From an uncultured Flavobacteriaceae bacterium (lineage in GTDB: Bacteria > Bacteroidota > Bacteroidia > Flavobacteriales > Flavobacteriaceae), in assembly GCA_943840765.1 (NCBI GenBank), contig CALSVD010000001.1, forward strand, positions 13,075 through 77,074: a stretch of DNA of 64,000 nucleotides. Reading direction: 5' to 3'. The translations under genes and the position numbers were made by a program. Below the pieces are notes generated by a model, which saw only the letters and a list, made by a program, of their open reading frames with translations, did no database searches and was not told the DNA's origin. Shown piece by piece: positions 47,657-57,523 of this stretch (its first letter is position 1; each line of letters begins with the position of its first letter).

Positions 47657-48565
47657 TTAAATAATGAAAAATTTATTTTCTAATGCTAAATCAACATTTT
47701 TAAATTTGGTTTTAGCTTCTTCAAGAAATAAATTTAAATCCTTATATCTTGATGAAAAATGACCTAATATCAACCTCTTAGCATTAGATTCATTAGCAAT
47801 AATACCAGCTTGTTCAGCAGTAGAATGAAATGTCTTTGTAGCAAAATTTTCATGTTTGTTAAGAAATGTAGACTCATGATACAATAAATCACAATTCTTA
47901 ATTTGTTGTATAATTTTACGATCAAAAATAGTATCTGAACAAAATGCATATGTAATGTCTGGAACTAAAGGCTCCACTAATTCCCTGTTTTTTATAATTT
48001 TTCCATTTTCAGTAACTCCATCTTTTCCTTGTTTAATACCTGCATATTGAGTTTTATCAATCCCTAATTTAATAGCTTTATCAACTATTAATTTGTGAGT
48101 AATTGTTTTTTTTCTAAATAAAAACCCATTAGTATAAACTCCATGTGTGAGCGGAATAGTGCTTACCGAAAAATTAGTTTTATTTAAAATAATTTCTGGG
48201 TTTACATTTTTTAATTCTATAATTTCTAGTTTATAATTAGTCCAAGTATTTCCTTTTTTCATTAAAGAGGTTATTATTTCTTTTATGCCCTCAGGACCAT
48301 AAATTTTTAATGGTTTTTCCCTACCCAATAAGTTAAAAGTTAAAATTAAACCTGGTAAACCAAAATAATGATCTCCATGCAAATGAGAAATAAAAATATG
48401 TTCAATTGTATTAAATTTTATTTTATTTTTTCTTAGTTGAATTTGTGTTCCCTCTCCACAATCAATTAGATATGATTTTCCGTTATTTTCTAAAATTTGA
48501 GAGGTAGTGAATCGTTTAATAGTCGGGTATGCGGAGCAGCTTCCTAAAATTGTTAACTTCATCAT
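47657..48565 (-). CDS. rnz: ribonuclease Z (MBL fold)
   Basis: 302 aa with HLHGDH zinc motif and KLTILGS start. Confidence 0.85.
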   Translation of the reverse strand: MMKLTILGSCSAYPTIKRFTTSQILENNGKSYLIDCGEGTQIQLRKNKIKFNTIEHIFISHLHGDHYFGLPGLILTFNLLGREKPLKIYGPEGIKEIITSLMKKGNTWTNYKLEIIELKNVNPEIILNKTNFSVSTIPLTHGVYTNGFLFRKKTITHKLIVDKAIKLGIDKTQYAGIKQGKDGVTENGKIIKNRELVEPLVPDITYAFCSDTIFDRKIIQQIKNCDLLYHESTFLNKHENFATKTFHSTAEQAGIIANESNAKRLILGHFSSRYKDLNLFLEEAKTKFKNVDLALENKFFII

Positions 48566-48855
48566 GAAAGTAAATCTCTTTCAATTTCCTCAATTTCTAT
48601 AATATCGTGAGCTTCTCTAACAGTAGGTGCTACACAAATTTTTTCATTATGAAAAATAGAATTTACTAATACAAAAGATTTGTTATTTTGACTTGAAAGA
48701 TTAGATAACTCAAATAATTTTTCTGTAATATTATCAAAATCATTAAAATTTAAAGTAATTATAATATTAAACGTAGTATTTCTTTTTATTGATTTAAAAT
48801 TTAAAAGAAATTCTTCCTTATTTTCTATATTAAAAATTTTAATACTAGAGTTCAT
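48562..48855 (-). CDS. hypothetical 97-aa protein
   Basis: ORF tightly packed between pyrB and rnz (overlapping stop/start). No motif recognised. Confidence 0.4.
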   Translation of the reverse strand: MNSSIKIFNIENKEEFLLNFKSIKRNTTFNIIITLNFNDFDNITEKLFELSNLSSQNNKSFVLVNSIFHNEKICVAPTVREAHDIIEIEEIERDLLS

Positions 48856-48856
48856 A

Positions 48857-49786
48857 TTATTTTAGCTTGGCAGCTAACAGATACATTACAGCCATTCTTA
48901 TAGCAACTCCATTTTCAACTTGATCTAAAATTATAGCTTGATCTGAATCTGCTACTTCACTTGTAATTTCTACTCCCCGGTTAATTGGTCCAGGATGCAT
49001 TACTATAATTTTTTTATTTAAAGAATCTAAAATACTTTTATTTAAACCATATTGTTGAACATATTCCCTAACTGAAGGAAAATATGATTCAGACATTCTT
49101 TCGTTTTGAATTCTCAGCATATTTACAGCATCACAATTTTTTAATGCATTAATAAAATCTGTATCAACAGTTACATTTAAAGATTCAATATCTTTAGGAA
49201 TAAGTGATTTAGGTCCACATACAGTAACATTAGCTCCTAGTTTTTGATAAGCATAAATATTAGATAAAGCTACTCTTGAGTGCATTATATCACCAACAAT
49301 TAAAATATTTTTGTTCTTTAAATTACCGATTTTTTCAATAAGAGAGTATGCATCTAATAAAGCTTGTGTTGGGTGTTCATGAGTTCCATCTCCAGCATTG
49401 ATTATACATGAATCTATATTTTTTGATAGAAATACACTTGCACCAGGACTCGGGTGACGTATAACAACCATATCAACTTTCATGGATATAATATTGTTAA
49501 CAGTATCTATCAGTGTTTCTCCTTTAGAAATTGAAGATCCAGATGAAGAAAAATTTACAACATCAGCAGAAAGTCTTTTTTGAGCTAATTCAAAAGAAAG
49601 CTTAGTTCTTGTACTATTTTCAAAAAAAAGATTTGCAATCGTTACATCTCTTAATGAGGGTACTTTTTTAATCTTTCTATTTATTACTTCCTTAAAATTA
49701 TCCGCAGTCTTAAAAATTAAATTAAGATCATCTGAGTTTAAATATTTTATTCCAAGTAAATTATCTGTACTTAAATTCTCCATCAA
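48857..49786 (-). CDS. pyrB: aspartate carbamoyltransferase catalytic subunit
   Basis: 309 aa. FFENSTRTKLSFE, HPTQALLD, HPGP motifs. Confidence 0.95.
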   Translation of the reverse strand: MMENLSTDNLLGIKYLNSDDLNLIFKTADNFKEVINRKIKKVPSLRDVTIANLFFENSTRTKLSFELAQKRLSADVVNFSSSGSSISKGETLIDTVNNIISMKVDMVVIRHPSPGASVFLSKNIDSCIINAGDGTHEHPTQALLDAYSLIEKIGNLKNKNILIVGDIMHSRVALSNIYAYQKLGANVTVCGPKSLIPKDIESLNVTVDTDFINALKNCDAVNMLRIQNERMSESYFPSVREYVQQYGLNKSILDSLNKKIIVMHPGPINRGVEITSEVADSDQAIILDQVENGVAIRMAVMYLLAAKLK

Positions 49787-50325
49787 TTATTTTTAATTAA
49801 ATAAACAGAATCTTCATTATTATTTTCTTTCCAATTAACTATAACTTTTTCATTTAATCTTGAATCTACTTGAGTTCCACAGTAATCTGGTTGAATTGGT
49901 AATTCCCTAGAAAATCTTCTATCGATTAAAGTTAATAATTTGACAGCCATTGGGCGACCAAAAGATTGAATGGCACTCAAAGCTGCTCGAATACTTCTTC
50001 CAGTAAATAAAACATCATCAACTAAAACTACAGTTTGATTTTCTATTGAAAAATCAAGTTTCGTAGAGTTAGCTTTCAAAACTTTTTCAGATCTTCTGAA
50101 ATCATCTCTAAAAAAAGTAATATCAAGATAGCCAATCTTTAAATCATTAGATTTATTATAGTTATTTATCAACTTTGATATACGTTTAGCTAAAAGGGAC
50201 CCCCTTGGCTGTATACCTACTAAAACTGTATTTTCAAATGAATTATGGTCTTCAATTAACTGAAAGGACAACCTATTAAGTATGGTGGATATTTCATTAG
50301 CGCCGAGTATTTTTTTTGGCTTCAT
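49783..50325 (-). CDS. pyrR: bifunctional pyr operon regulator/uracil phosphoribosyltransferase
   Basis: 180 aa. PRPP-binding VVLVDDVLFTGRSIRAAL. 4-nt overlap with pyrB. Confidence 0.85.
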   Translation of the reverse strand: MKPKKILGANEISTILNRLSFQLIEDHNSFENTVLVGIQPRGSLLAKRISKLINNYNKSNDLKIGYLDITFFRDDFRRSEKVLKANSTKLDFSIENQTVVLVDDVLFTGRSIRAALSAIQSFGRPMAVKLLTLIDRRFSRELPIQPDYCGTQVDSRLNEKVIVNWKENNNEDSVYLIKNN

Positions 50326-50409
50326 AACGCTTTATTTCGAGCCAAAATTAGTGTTTTTTTTTTTTATAGGTAAATGAGATGTAGAATATTAACCTATTTT
50401 AGGCTATAA

Positions 50410-51660
50410 TTAGCTCACATTAGCTTTTTCAGCAATTCTTCTATATGTACCATCTTCAAGCTTAGATCTAATTTTAGAAAAGGCGGATAATGTTTCGTTT
50501 ACATCATCAATATTATGTGAAGATGTTGGAATCAACCTTAATAAAATAAAACCTTTAGGAATAACAGGGTATACAACAATTGAACAAAATATAAAATATT
50601 TTTCTCTAAGCTCCTTAACCATAACAAATGCTTCGTGAATATCACCCTTAAGAAAAACAGGAGTAACACAGCTTTGAGTGGTACCTAAATCAAAATTTTG
50701 TTTTCTAAGACCAGTTTGCAATGCCTTAACATTATTCCAAAGTTTTGTTCTAATTTCAGGTCTAGTTTTAAGCATTTCAAGTCTTTTCAAAACACCCGCC
50801 ACCAATTGCATTTGAAGAGATTTTGCAAAAACTTGAGACCTCATATTATATTTTAGAAAGTCAATTATCATGCTATCTGATGCAATAAAAGCTCCTGTGC
50901 TCGCCATTGATTTTGCAAAGGTTGCAAAGTAAACATCTATTTGATCCTGAACTCCTTGCTCCTCTCCAGCTCCAGCACCAGTCTTACCAAGAGTTCCAAA
51001 ACCGTGAGCATCATCTACTAATAATCTAAAATTATATTTGTTTTTTAAATCAGCAATTTCTTTTATTTTTCCTTGTTCTCCTCGCATTCCAAATACACCC
51101 TCAGAGATAACTAAAATTCCTCCACCTGTTTTTTCTGCAATTTTGGTAGCTCTTTCAAGATTAATTTGAAGACTGTCTATATCATTATGTTGATAAGTAA
51201 ATCTTTTACCAATATGTAATCTAACTCCGTCAACAATACATGCATGACAATCTATATCATACACAATAACATCATTTTTAGAAACTAAAGAATCAATAGT
51301 AGATAATATACCTTGATAACCAAAATTTAAAACGTATGCTTTTTCTTTAGAAACAAAATCAGCTAACTCACACTCCAATTTTTCATGTAGGTCAGTATGT
51401 CCAGACATCAGTCTTGCTCCCATTGGATAAGCAGAACCATATTTCTTAGCAGCTTGGGCATCAAATTCTCTTATTTCTGGATGGTTAGCTAATCCTAAAT
51501 AGTCATTTACACTCCAAGTTATAACTTCTTTTCCATTAAATTTCATTCTATTACTGATAGGACCCTCTAGTTTTGGAAAGGCAAAGTAGCCCTCTGCTAC
51601 ACTAGCATATTTTCCTAATGGACCTTTATTAGATACAATTTTGTCAAATAAATCGTTCAT
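50410..51660 (-). CDS. alpha-oxoamine synthase family PLP enzyme (Spt/SulA-like acyltransferase rather than Kbl-like)
   Basis: 416 aa. NDYLGLANHP, DDAHGFG, PLP-lysine context ATFAKSMAS. Confidence 0.8.
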   Translation of the reverse strand: MNDLFDKIVSNKGPLGKYASVAEGYFAFPKLEGPISNRMKFNGKEVITWSVNDYLGLANHPEIREFDAQAAKKYGSAYPMGARLMSGHTDLHEKLECELADFVSKEKAYVLNFGYQGILSTIDSLVSKNDVIVYDIDCHACIVDGVRLHIGKRFTYQHNDIDSLQINLERATKIAEKTGGGILVISEGVFGMRGEQGKIKEIADLKNKYNFRLLVDDAHGFGTLGKTGAGAGEEQGVQDQIDVYFATFAKSMASTGAFIASDSMIIDFLKYNMRSQVFAKSLQMQLVAGVLKRLEMLKTRPEIRTKLWNNVKALQTGLRKQNFDLGTTQSCVTPVFLKGDIHEAFVMVKELREKYFIFCSIVVYPVIPKGFILLRLIPTSSHNIDDVNETLSAFSKIRSKLEDGTYRRIAEKANVS

Positions 51661-51694
51661 TGTTTGATTGATGTTTCGTCTACAAAAATAATAC

Positions 51695-52735
51695 TTATTT
51701 TATGTATTCAATAGGTTTTTCTTGTGGAGTTTTTTGGGAATCAAAAAAACCTTGATCAGACATCCATTTGTCGCTGTAAATTTTGCTCATATATCTAGAT
51801 CCATGATCACAAAAAATCATTACAACAACACTGTTTTTATCAAAGATATTATTTTTGGACAATTGTTTTACAGCCTGCATTGCAGCTCCAGACGTATAAC
51901 CAACAAACATTCCTTCTTTAAGTGCTATTTCTCTGGAAGAATGTGCGCTTTTTTCATCATTAACTTTTTCAAAAAAATCAATAATATCAAAATCTGTAGC
52001 AGTAGGTATTAAATTTTTTCCAAGACCTTCAATTCTGTATGGATAAATTTCATCTTCGTCAAACTCTTTTGTTTCATGATATTTTTTCAAAACAGACCCA
52101 TATGCATCAACACCAATAATTTTAATATTTGGGTTTTTAGATTTTAAAAATTGACCTATTCCTGAAATAGTTCCACCAGTTCCACTACTAGCTATTAGAT
52201 GGGTGATTTGACCGTTAGTTTGATCCCAAATTTCTGGACCAGTGGATTTGAAATGGGCCTCAGTATTTAGCTTGTTAAAATATTGATTTATATAAAATGA
52301 TCCTTTAATTTCCTCATGTAATCTTTTAGCGACTTGATAATAAGATCTTTCATCATCAGCGCTAACATGAGCTGGACAGACATATACTTTGGCTCCCATT
52401 GACTTTAACATGTCAATTTTATCAGAGGATGATTTTGAAGAGACAGCTAGAATACAATTATAACCTTTAATCATACTAACCATTGATAAGCTAAACCCAG
52501 TATTTCCAGAAGTAGTTTCAATAATCGTAGACCCTGGTTTTAATAAACCTTTTTTCTCTGCACTTTCAATGATGTGAAGTGCTATCCTATCTTTGTTTGA
52601 GTGACCCGGGTTGAAGGCTTCAACTTTAGCATAAAAATCACCAGGAATATCTTTTGTAATATTATTGAGCTTCACAAGAGGAGTTTTCCCAATTAAATCT
52701 AAGATACTATTGTAAGCTTTAATATTTTTACTCAT
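51695..52735 (-). CDS. cysteine synthase/cystathionine beta-synthase-fold PLP enzyme (no CBS pair)
   Basis: 346 aa. PLP lysine in [25 protein letters not shown] loops. Confidence 0.8.
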   Translation of the reverse strand: MSKNIKAYNSILDLIGKTPLVKLNNITKDIPGDFYAKVEAFNPGHSNKDRIALHIIESAEKKGLLKPGSTIIETTSGNTGFSLSMVSMIKGYNCILAVSSKSSSDKIDMLKSMGAKVYVCPAHVSADDERSYYQVAKRLHEEIKGSFYINQYFNKLNTEAHFKSTGPEIWDQTNGQITHLIASSGTGGTISGIGQFLKSKNPNIKIIGVDAYGSVLKKYHETKEFDEDEIYPYRIEGLGKNLIPTATDFDIIDFFEKVNDEKSAHSSREIALKEGMFVGYTSGAAMQAVKQLSKNNIFDKNSVVVMIFCDHGSRYMSKIYSDKWMSDQGFFDSQKTPQEKPIEYIK

Positions 52736-52802
52736 AATGTGCTTTAGGCATCATTTGCAGGGCAAATTACTTAAAAAAAGACTTTAGAACCAAATATATT
52801 TA

Positions 52803-54860
52803 TCATTTATAAACATTTTCTAAATCAAATAAAAATGAATATTCTTTTGCTAAATCCTTGATAGCCTCAAATCTACCTGAGGAGCCACCATGTCCAGTAT
52901 CCATATTGGTATTTAAGAATAATTTATTATTACCTAATTTATTAGCTCTTAATTTAGCAACCCATTTTGCAGGTTCCCAATATTGTACTTGAGAGTCGTG
53001 AAGTCCAGTTGTTACTAATAAGTTTGGATAATTAATTTTAGAAACATTATCATAGGGAGAATAAGAAAGTATATAATTGTAAAATTTTTCTTCATTAGGG
53101 TTTCCCCATTCATCATATTCACTAGTTGTTAAAGGAATTGTTTCGTCTAACATAGTTGTAACGACATCAACAAAAGGAACTGCTGCTATCATTCCATTAT
53201 ATAATTCAGGTGCCATATTCATTACAGCTCCAACGAGCAAACCACCCGCAGATCCTCCATAAGCATACATATGATTACAAGATGAATAATTCTCTTTTAT
53301 CAAATGTTTTGTGCAATCAATATAATCGTTAAAAGTGTTTATTTTATTTAATAGTTTTCCATCCTCATACCATGATCTACCCAAGTACTCACTTCCTCTA
53401 ACATGTGAAATAGCGAATACAAAACCTCTGTCCAAAAGACTTAATCTACTAATTGAAAAGGTTGGGTCAATAGTATTACCATAAGAACCATATGCATATA
53501 GCAGAAGAGGGTTTGTGCCATCTTTTTTAATATTTTTTTTGTGTATTATGGATATAGGTATTTTAGTTCCATCTCTTGAATCTGCCCAAATTCTTTTAGT
53601 AATATAATTGTCTTTACTGAACTTAGTGTCTAAAACTTGATTTTGCTTTAATATTATCTTATCCTTTGAAAACATATCAAATTCAATGATCGAATGAGGC
53701 TCGTTTAATGAATTATAAGCATACCTTAATTTTTTTGAATCAAAATCTAAATTCCCAGTTGTATAACAACTGAAGGTTTCACTTTCAAATTTTATGTAAT
53801 AGCTTTCAGATCCATTCCATGGTTTAATGTTAATTCTATTCAAACCATTAAACCTTTCACTTACAACTAAAAAATCTTTAAAAATGTCTATACCCTCTAT
53901 TAATACGTTTTCTCTATGCTCAATAACCTCAATCCAATTTTCAGATGAAGTATTTTTTAATTCTGTTCTTAGCAATTTATAGTTAAAAGCATCATTCTTG
54001 TTCGTTATTATATAAAAATGGTCTTCAAAATGACTAATACTGTATTCAACCCCTCTTTCCCTTTTATTAAATAGCGTGAATTGGTCATCTGGTTTATTTG
54101 ATGATAAAAACTGAAATTCAGACGTTAATGTACTTGACGAAGAAATAATGATAAACTTATTAGATTTTGATTTAGACACATTAGTGTAAAAAGTTTCATC
54201 TGTTTCATGAAAAACTAACTTATCATTCACTAGAGCATCACCAATTTTATGTTTAAATATCTTGTCATTTCTTAAGGTTTGGGTGTCTCTATTTGTGTAA
54301 AAAAGAGTAGAATTATCACTTGCCCATGCAAAGGTTCCAGAAGTGTTAATTATCTCATCCTTCAAAATCTCACCATTATCTAAATTTTTAAATTTTATTG
54401 TATAAAGTCTTCTTGAAACAGTATCAACACTAAATGCAACAATTTTATTATTGGGACTAACTTTAAAATTTGATAAATTAAAATAATCATGAGATTGAGC
54501 TAATTTATTACAATCAAAAAGTATTTCTTCTTTCGATTTCAAAGAGTCTTTATATCTAAAATAAATTGGGTAGTCTAAGTTTTCTTCGTATTTAGTAACA
54601 TACCAATACCCATTTAAAAAATATGGAACGGATTGATCTTCCTGTTTGATTTTATTTTTAATTTCATGAAATAACTTGTCTTGAAAATCTTTAGTGTGAA
54701 GTGTCATCTTTTTATAATAATCATTTTCGCTATTCAGATATTCAATCACACATGGATTTTCTCTTTCTCTGAGCCAATAATAGTTATCAATTCTCTCATC
54801 ATTAAATTTTATTAATGACTTTGGAACTTTTTTTAAATTAGGAGGTGTAATCTCTTTCAA
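52803..54860 (-). CDS. ptrB: S9A prolyl oligopeptidase family (oligopeptidase B-like)
   Basis: 685 aa. Beta-propeller N-half, then a catalytic region with GGSAGGLL nucleophile elbow and a DxxV...GHGG tail. Confidence 0.8.
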   Translation of the reverse strand: MKEITPPNLKKVPKSLIKFNDERIDNYYWLRERENPCVIEYLNSENDYYKKMTLHTKDFQDKLFHEIKNKIKQEDQSVPYFLNGYWYVTKYEENLDYPIYFRYKDSLKSKEEILFDCNKLAQSHDYFNLSNFKVSPNNKIVAFSVDTVSRRLYTIKFKNLDNGEILKDEIINTSGTFAWASDNSTLFYTNRDTQTLRNDKIFKHKIGDALVNDKLVFHETDETFYTNVSKSKSNKFIIISSSSTLTSEFQFLSSNKPDDQFTLFNKRERGVEYSISHFEDHFYIITNKNDAFNYKLLRTELKNTSSENWIEVIEHRENVLIEGIDIFKDFLVVSERFNGLNRINIKPWNGSESYYIKFESETFSCYTTGNLDFDSKKLRYAYNSLNEPHSIIEFDMFSKDKIILKQNQVLDTKFSKDNYITKRIWADSRDGTKIPISIIHKKNIKKDGTNPLLLYAYGSYGNTIDPTFSISRLSLLDRGFVFAISHVRGSEYLGRSWYEDGKLLNKINTFNDYIDCTKHLIKENYSSCNHMYAYGGSAGGLLVGAVMNMAPELYNGMIAAVPFVDVVTTMLDETIPLTTSEYDEWGNPNEEKFYNYILSYSPYDNVSKINYPNLLVTTGLHDSQVQYWEPAKWVAKLRANKLGNNKLFLNTNMDTGHGGSSGRFEAIKDLAKEYSFLFDLENVYK

Positions 54861-54907
54861 TGAAATTTAAATTTTTATGAATAAGTTTTCAAGAAATATT
54901 ATATTAA

Positions 54908-55933
54908 TTAAAATTTTAAATTACTTATAATTTCTAGAAATTTTTCATGCATTTGATTTGTATAATCTTTATGAGTAACAAGTCTTAGTTTATTATCACC
55001 CATTGAAATAAGTTTAATATTTTGATTTGACATTTTATTTAAAAAATTATCAGTATCAATACTTTTTTCGATTTGAAATATTAATATATTAGTTTCTACT
55101 TTTTCAACTTGACTAATAAAATTTGAATTCTTTAATACACTTTCAATTTCTTTCGCTTTGATATGATCTTCATTTAATCTTTCAATATTATTTTTTAAAG
55201 CATAAATTCCACATGCTGCAAGGTAACCTGCCTGTCTCATACCGCCTCCTAATAATTTTCTTACTTTAATTGCTTTATTTATAAATTCCGTTGAGCCCAA
55301 CAAGATAGAACCTATAGGGCATCCTAATCCTTTACTTAAGCATACTGAAATTGAATCAAATATTTTTCCATATTGCAAAGGGGTTGTACCGGTCTTTACA
55401 ATAGCATTCCAAATTCTTGCTCCATCAAGATGATAATAAAGATTATTTTCTTTACATGTTTGTTGAATCTTTTTTAACTCACCAATATCCCAACAAGCCC
55501 CTCCACCTTTATTAGTTGTATTCTCTGCGCAGACTAGTGATGTTTTAGGACTATGATAAAAATCAGGTGGGTTTATAGCACTAATTACTTGATCATTTGT
55601 GAACATGCCTCTATTGCCATCTAGTAATTTACAAGATACACCGCTATTAAAACTAACTCCTCCACCTTCATAATTATAAACATGAGCATACTTATCACAT
55701 ATTAATTGATCCCCTGGTTGGGTATGTATTTTAATTGCAGTTTGATTTGCCATTGTTCCTGAGGGAAAAAAGAGTGCAGATTCCATTCCAAACTTTGTAG
55801 CTATCAAATCTTCCAATTCATTAACAGTTGGATCATCCTTAAACACATCATCACCAACATTGGAGCTCATCATAAACTCTAACATTTCTTTTGATGGTTT
55901 TGTAACTGTATCACTAATTAAGTTTATTTCCAT
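54908..55933 (-). CDS. ltaE: low-specificity L-threonine aldolase
   Basis: 341 aa. DTVTKPSKEML, SGTMANQ, and a PLP-lysine region SVCLSKGLG. Confidence 0.85.
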   Translation of the reverse strand: MEINLISDTVTKPSKEMLEFMMSSNVGDDVFKDDPTVNELEDLIATKFGMESALFFPSGTMANQTAIKIHTQPGDQLICDKYAHVYNYEGGGVSFNSGVSCKLLDGNRGMFTNDQVISAINPPDFYHSPKTSLVCAENTTNKGGGACWDIGELKKIQQTCKENNLYYHLDGARIWNAIVKTGTTPLQYGKIFDSISVCLSKGLGCPIGSILLGSTEFINKAIKVRKLLGGGMRQAGYLAACGIYALKNNIERLNEDHIKAKEIESVLKNSNFISQVEKVETNILIFQIEKSIDTDNFLNKMSNQNIKLISMGDNKLRLVTHKDYTNQMHEKFLEIISNLKF

Positions 55934-56021
55934 TTTTAATTTTAAATAAAAAATAATGTTGTTAAATATAAAAATAAATTAGGTCTAAGTAATTTAATAT
56001 AAAATGTATTTTTGTAGATAA

Positions 56022-57102
56022 ATGATAACATTTGACCAAATAAAGAATCTCCTTGAACGAACTAAATCGTTAAGGAGTTATCTTTGACATTGATTCTAAA
56101 AACATAGAGATTTCTAATAAAGAAGAAATCACATTTGACCCTGATTTCTGGAATGACTCAAAAAAGGCTCAGAAAATCATGAAAGAACTTCAAGGTTTAA
56201 AACAATGGGTTAAAGATTATGAGAAAGCCAAATCACTTACTGATGATTTGGAAATTCTATTCGATTACTTTAAGGAAGGTGAAGTTAATGATGAAGAAAT
56301 TAATATTCAATACATACAATGTAAGGAACATATTGAAAATATAGAATTTAAAAACATGTTATCTAATGAAGGGGACGAAATGAGTGCAGTAATTCAAATA
56401 ACTGCAGGAGCTGGAGGAACAGAAAGTTGTGATTGGACTCAGATGCTTATGAGAATGTATGTTATGTGGGCTGAAAAAAATAAATTCAAAATTAAAGAAT
56501 TGGATCTTCAACAAGGAGATGTTGCTGGAGTTAAGTCAGTTACACTAGAAATTGAAGGAGATTATGGTTTTGGCTGGTTAAAAGGTGAAAATGGTGTACA
56601 TAGACTTGTTAGAATATCACCATTTGACAGTAATGCCAAAAGACATACTTCATTTGCTTCTGTCTACGTTTATCCTTTAGTTGATGATAGTATTGAAATA
56701 AATATAAATCCCTCAGATATTTCTTGGGAGACAATGAGGTCAAGTGGAGCAGGCGGTCAAAATGTTAACAAAGTTGAAACTGCTGTAAGGTTGAGACACG
56801 CTCCCTCAGGAATAGTTATTGAAAACTCTGAAACAAGGTCTCAGCTTGAAAATAAAGCTAAGGCCATGCAATTATTAAAATCTCAACTTTATGAAATAGA
56901 GCTCAAAGAAAAATTGAAAGAGAGAGAAAAGATCGAATCTAATAAAATGAAAATAGAATGGGGATCACAAATTAGAAATTATGTATTACACCCCTACAAA
57001 CTAATTAAAGACGTAAGAACAAATCATGAAACTAATGATGTTGAAGGAGTACTGGACGGAAACATTAGTCCATTTTTAAAATCCTACTTAATGTCAAATT
57101 AA
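56022..57102 (+). CDS. prfB: peptide chain release factor 2 (requires programmed +1 frameshift at 56082..56088)
   Basis: Frame 0 (ATG 56022) runs 21 codons to CTT TGA C. The +1 frame continues DIDSKNIE... into ORF 56179..57102, which has SPF and GGQ (SGAGGQNVNKVET) motifs. Confidence 0.95.
56072..56088 (+). promoter_or_regulatory. prfB recoding site: SD-like AAGGAG + TAT CTT TGA C
   Basis: Read directly; same layout as the classical prfB shift site. Confidence 0.9.
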
Positions 57103-57103
57103 A

Positions 57104-57451
57104 ATGAAAAATACTTTTTTAGTCCATAATCCAAGATGTAGAAAATCAAGAGAAGCATTAAATTATATAAAAGAATTAAATGTTGATTTTGAAGTTGTTT
57201 TATATATGAAAAAAGGGTTAGAATTAAATTTATTAAAAAGTATAATTATTAAAATTGGGATAGATCCTAAAGACATGGTTAGAACTCAAGAAAAAACCTG
57301 GAAAGAAAATTATAGCTCTAAACTTTACAATAATGATGAGATTTTAGAAATTCTAAACAAGCATCCTAATTTAATTAAAAGGCCAGTATTTATAAACAAT
57401 AATAAAGGAGTTATAGCCATTCCACCCAACGAAATTGATAAAATTATATAA
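57104..57451 (+). CDS. ArsC/Spx-family thioredoxin-fold protein (YffB-like)
   Basis: 115 aa. N-terminal HNPRCRKSREAL and C-terminal LIKRPV motif. Confidence 0.7.
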   Translation: MKNTFLVHNPRCRKSREALNYIKELNVDFEVVLYMKKGLELNLLKSIIIKIGIDPKDMVRTQEKTWKENYSSKLYNNDEILEILNKHPNLIKRPVFINNNKGVIAIPPNEIDKII

Positions 57452-57523
57452 TCATTAAACTTTTAGACTTATTGATTGTCATAACTCAGAACTTAATGGC
57501 AAGATCTTTGCCTTACACAAGCT

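Noticed and set aside
50354-50365. T12 homopolymer between the AOS gene and pyrR
   Set aside because: It is intergenic and not preceded by a convincing hairpin on either strand. It is probably just AT-rich spacer, though it could be a slippage-prone site.
57497-57511. Near-palindrome GGCAAGATCTTTGCC upstream of the intact TonB receptor
   Set aside because: It has a short 5-bp stem, no T-run and no second copy. It could be a regulator site, but there is too little evidence.
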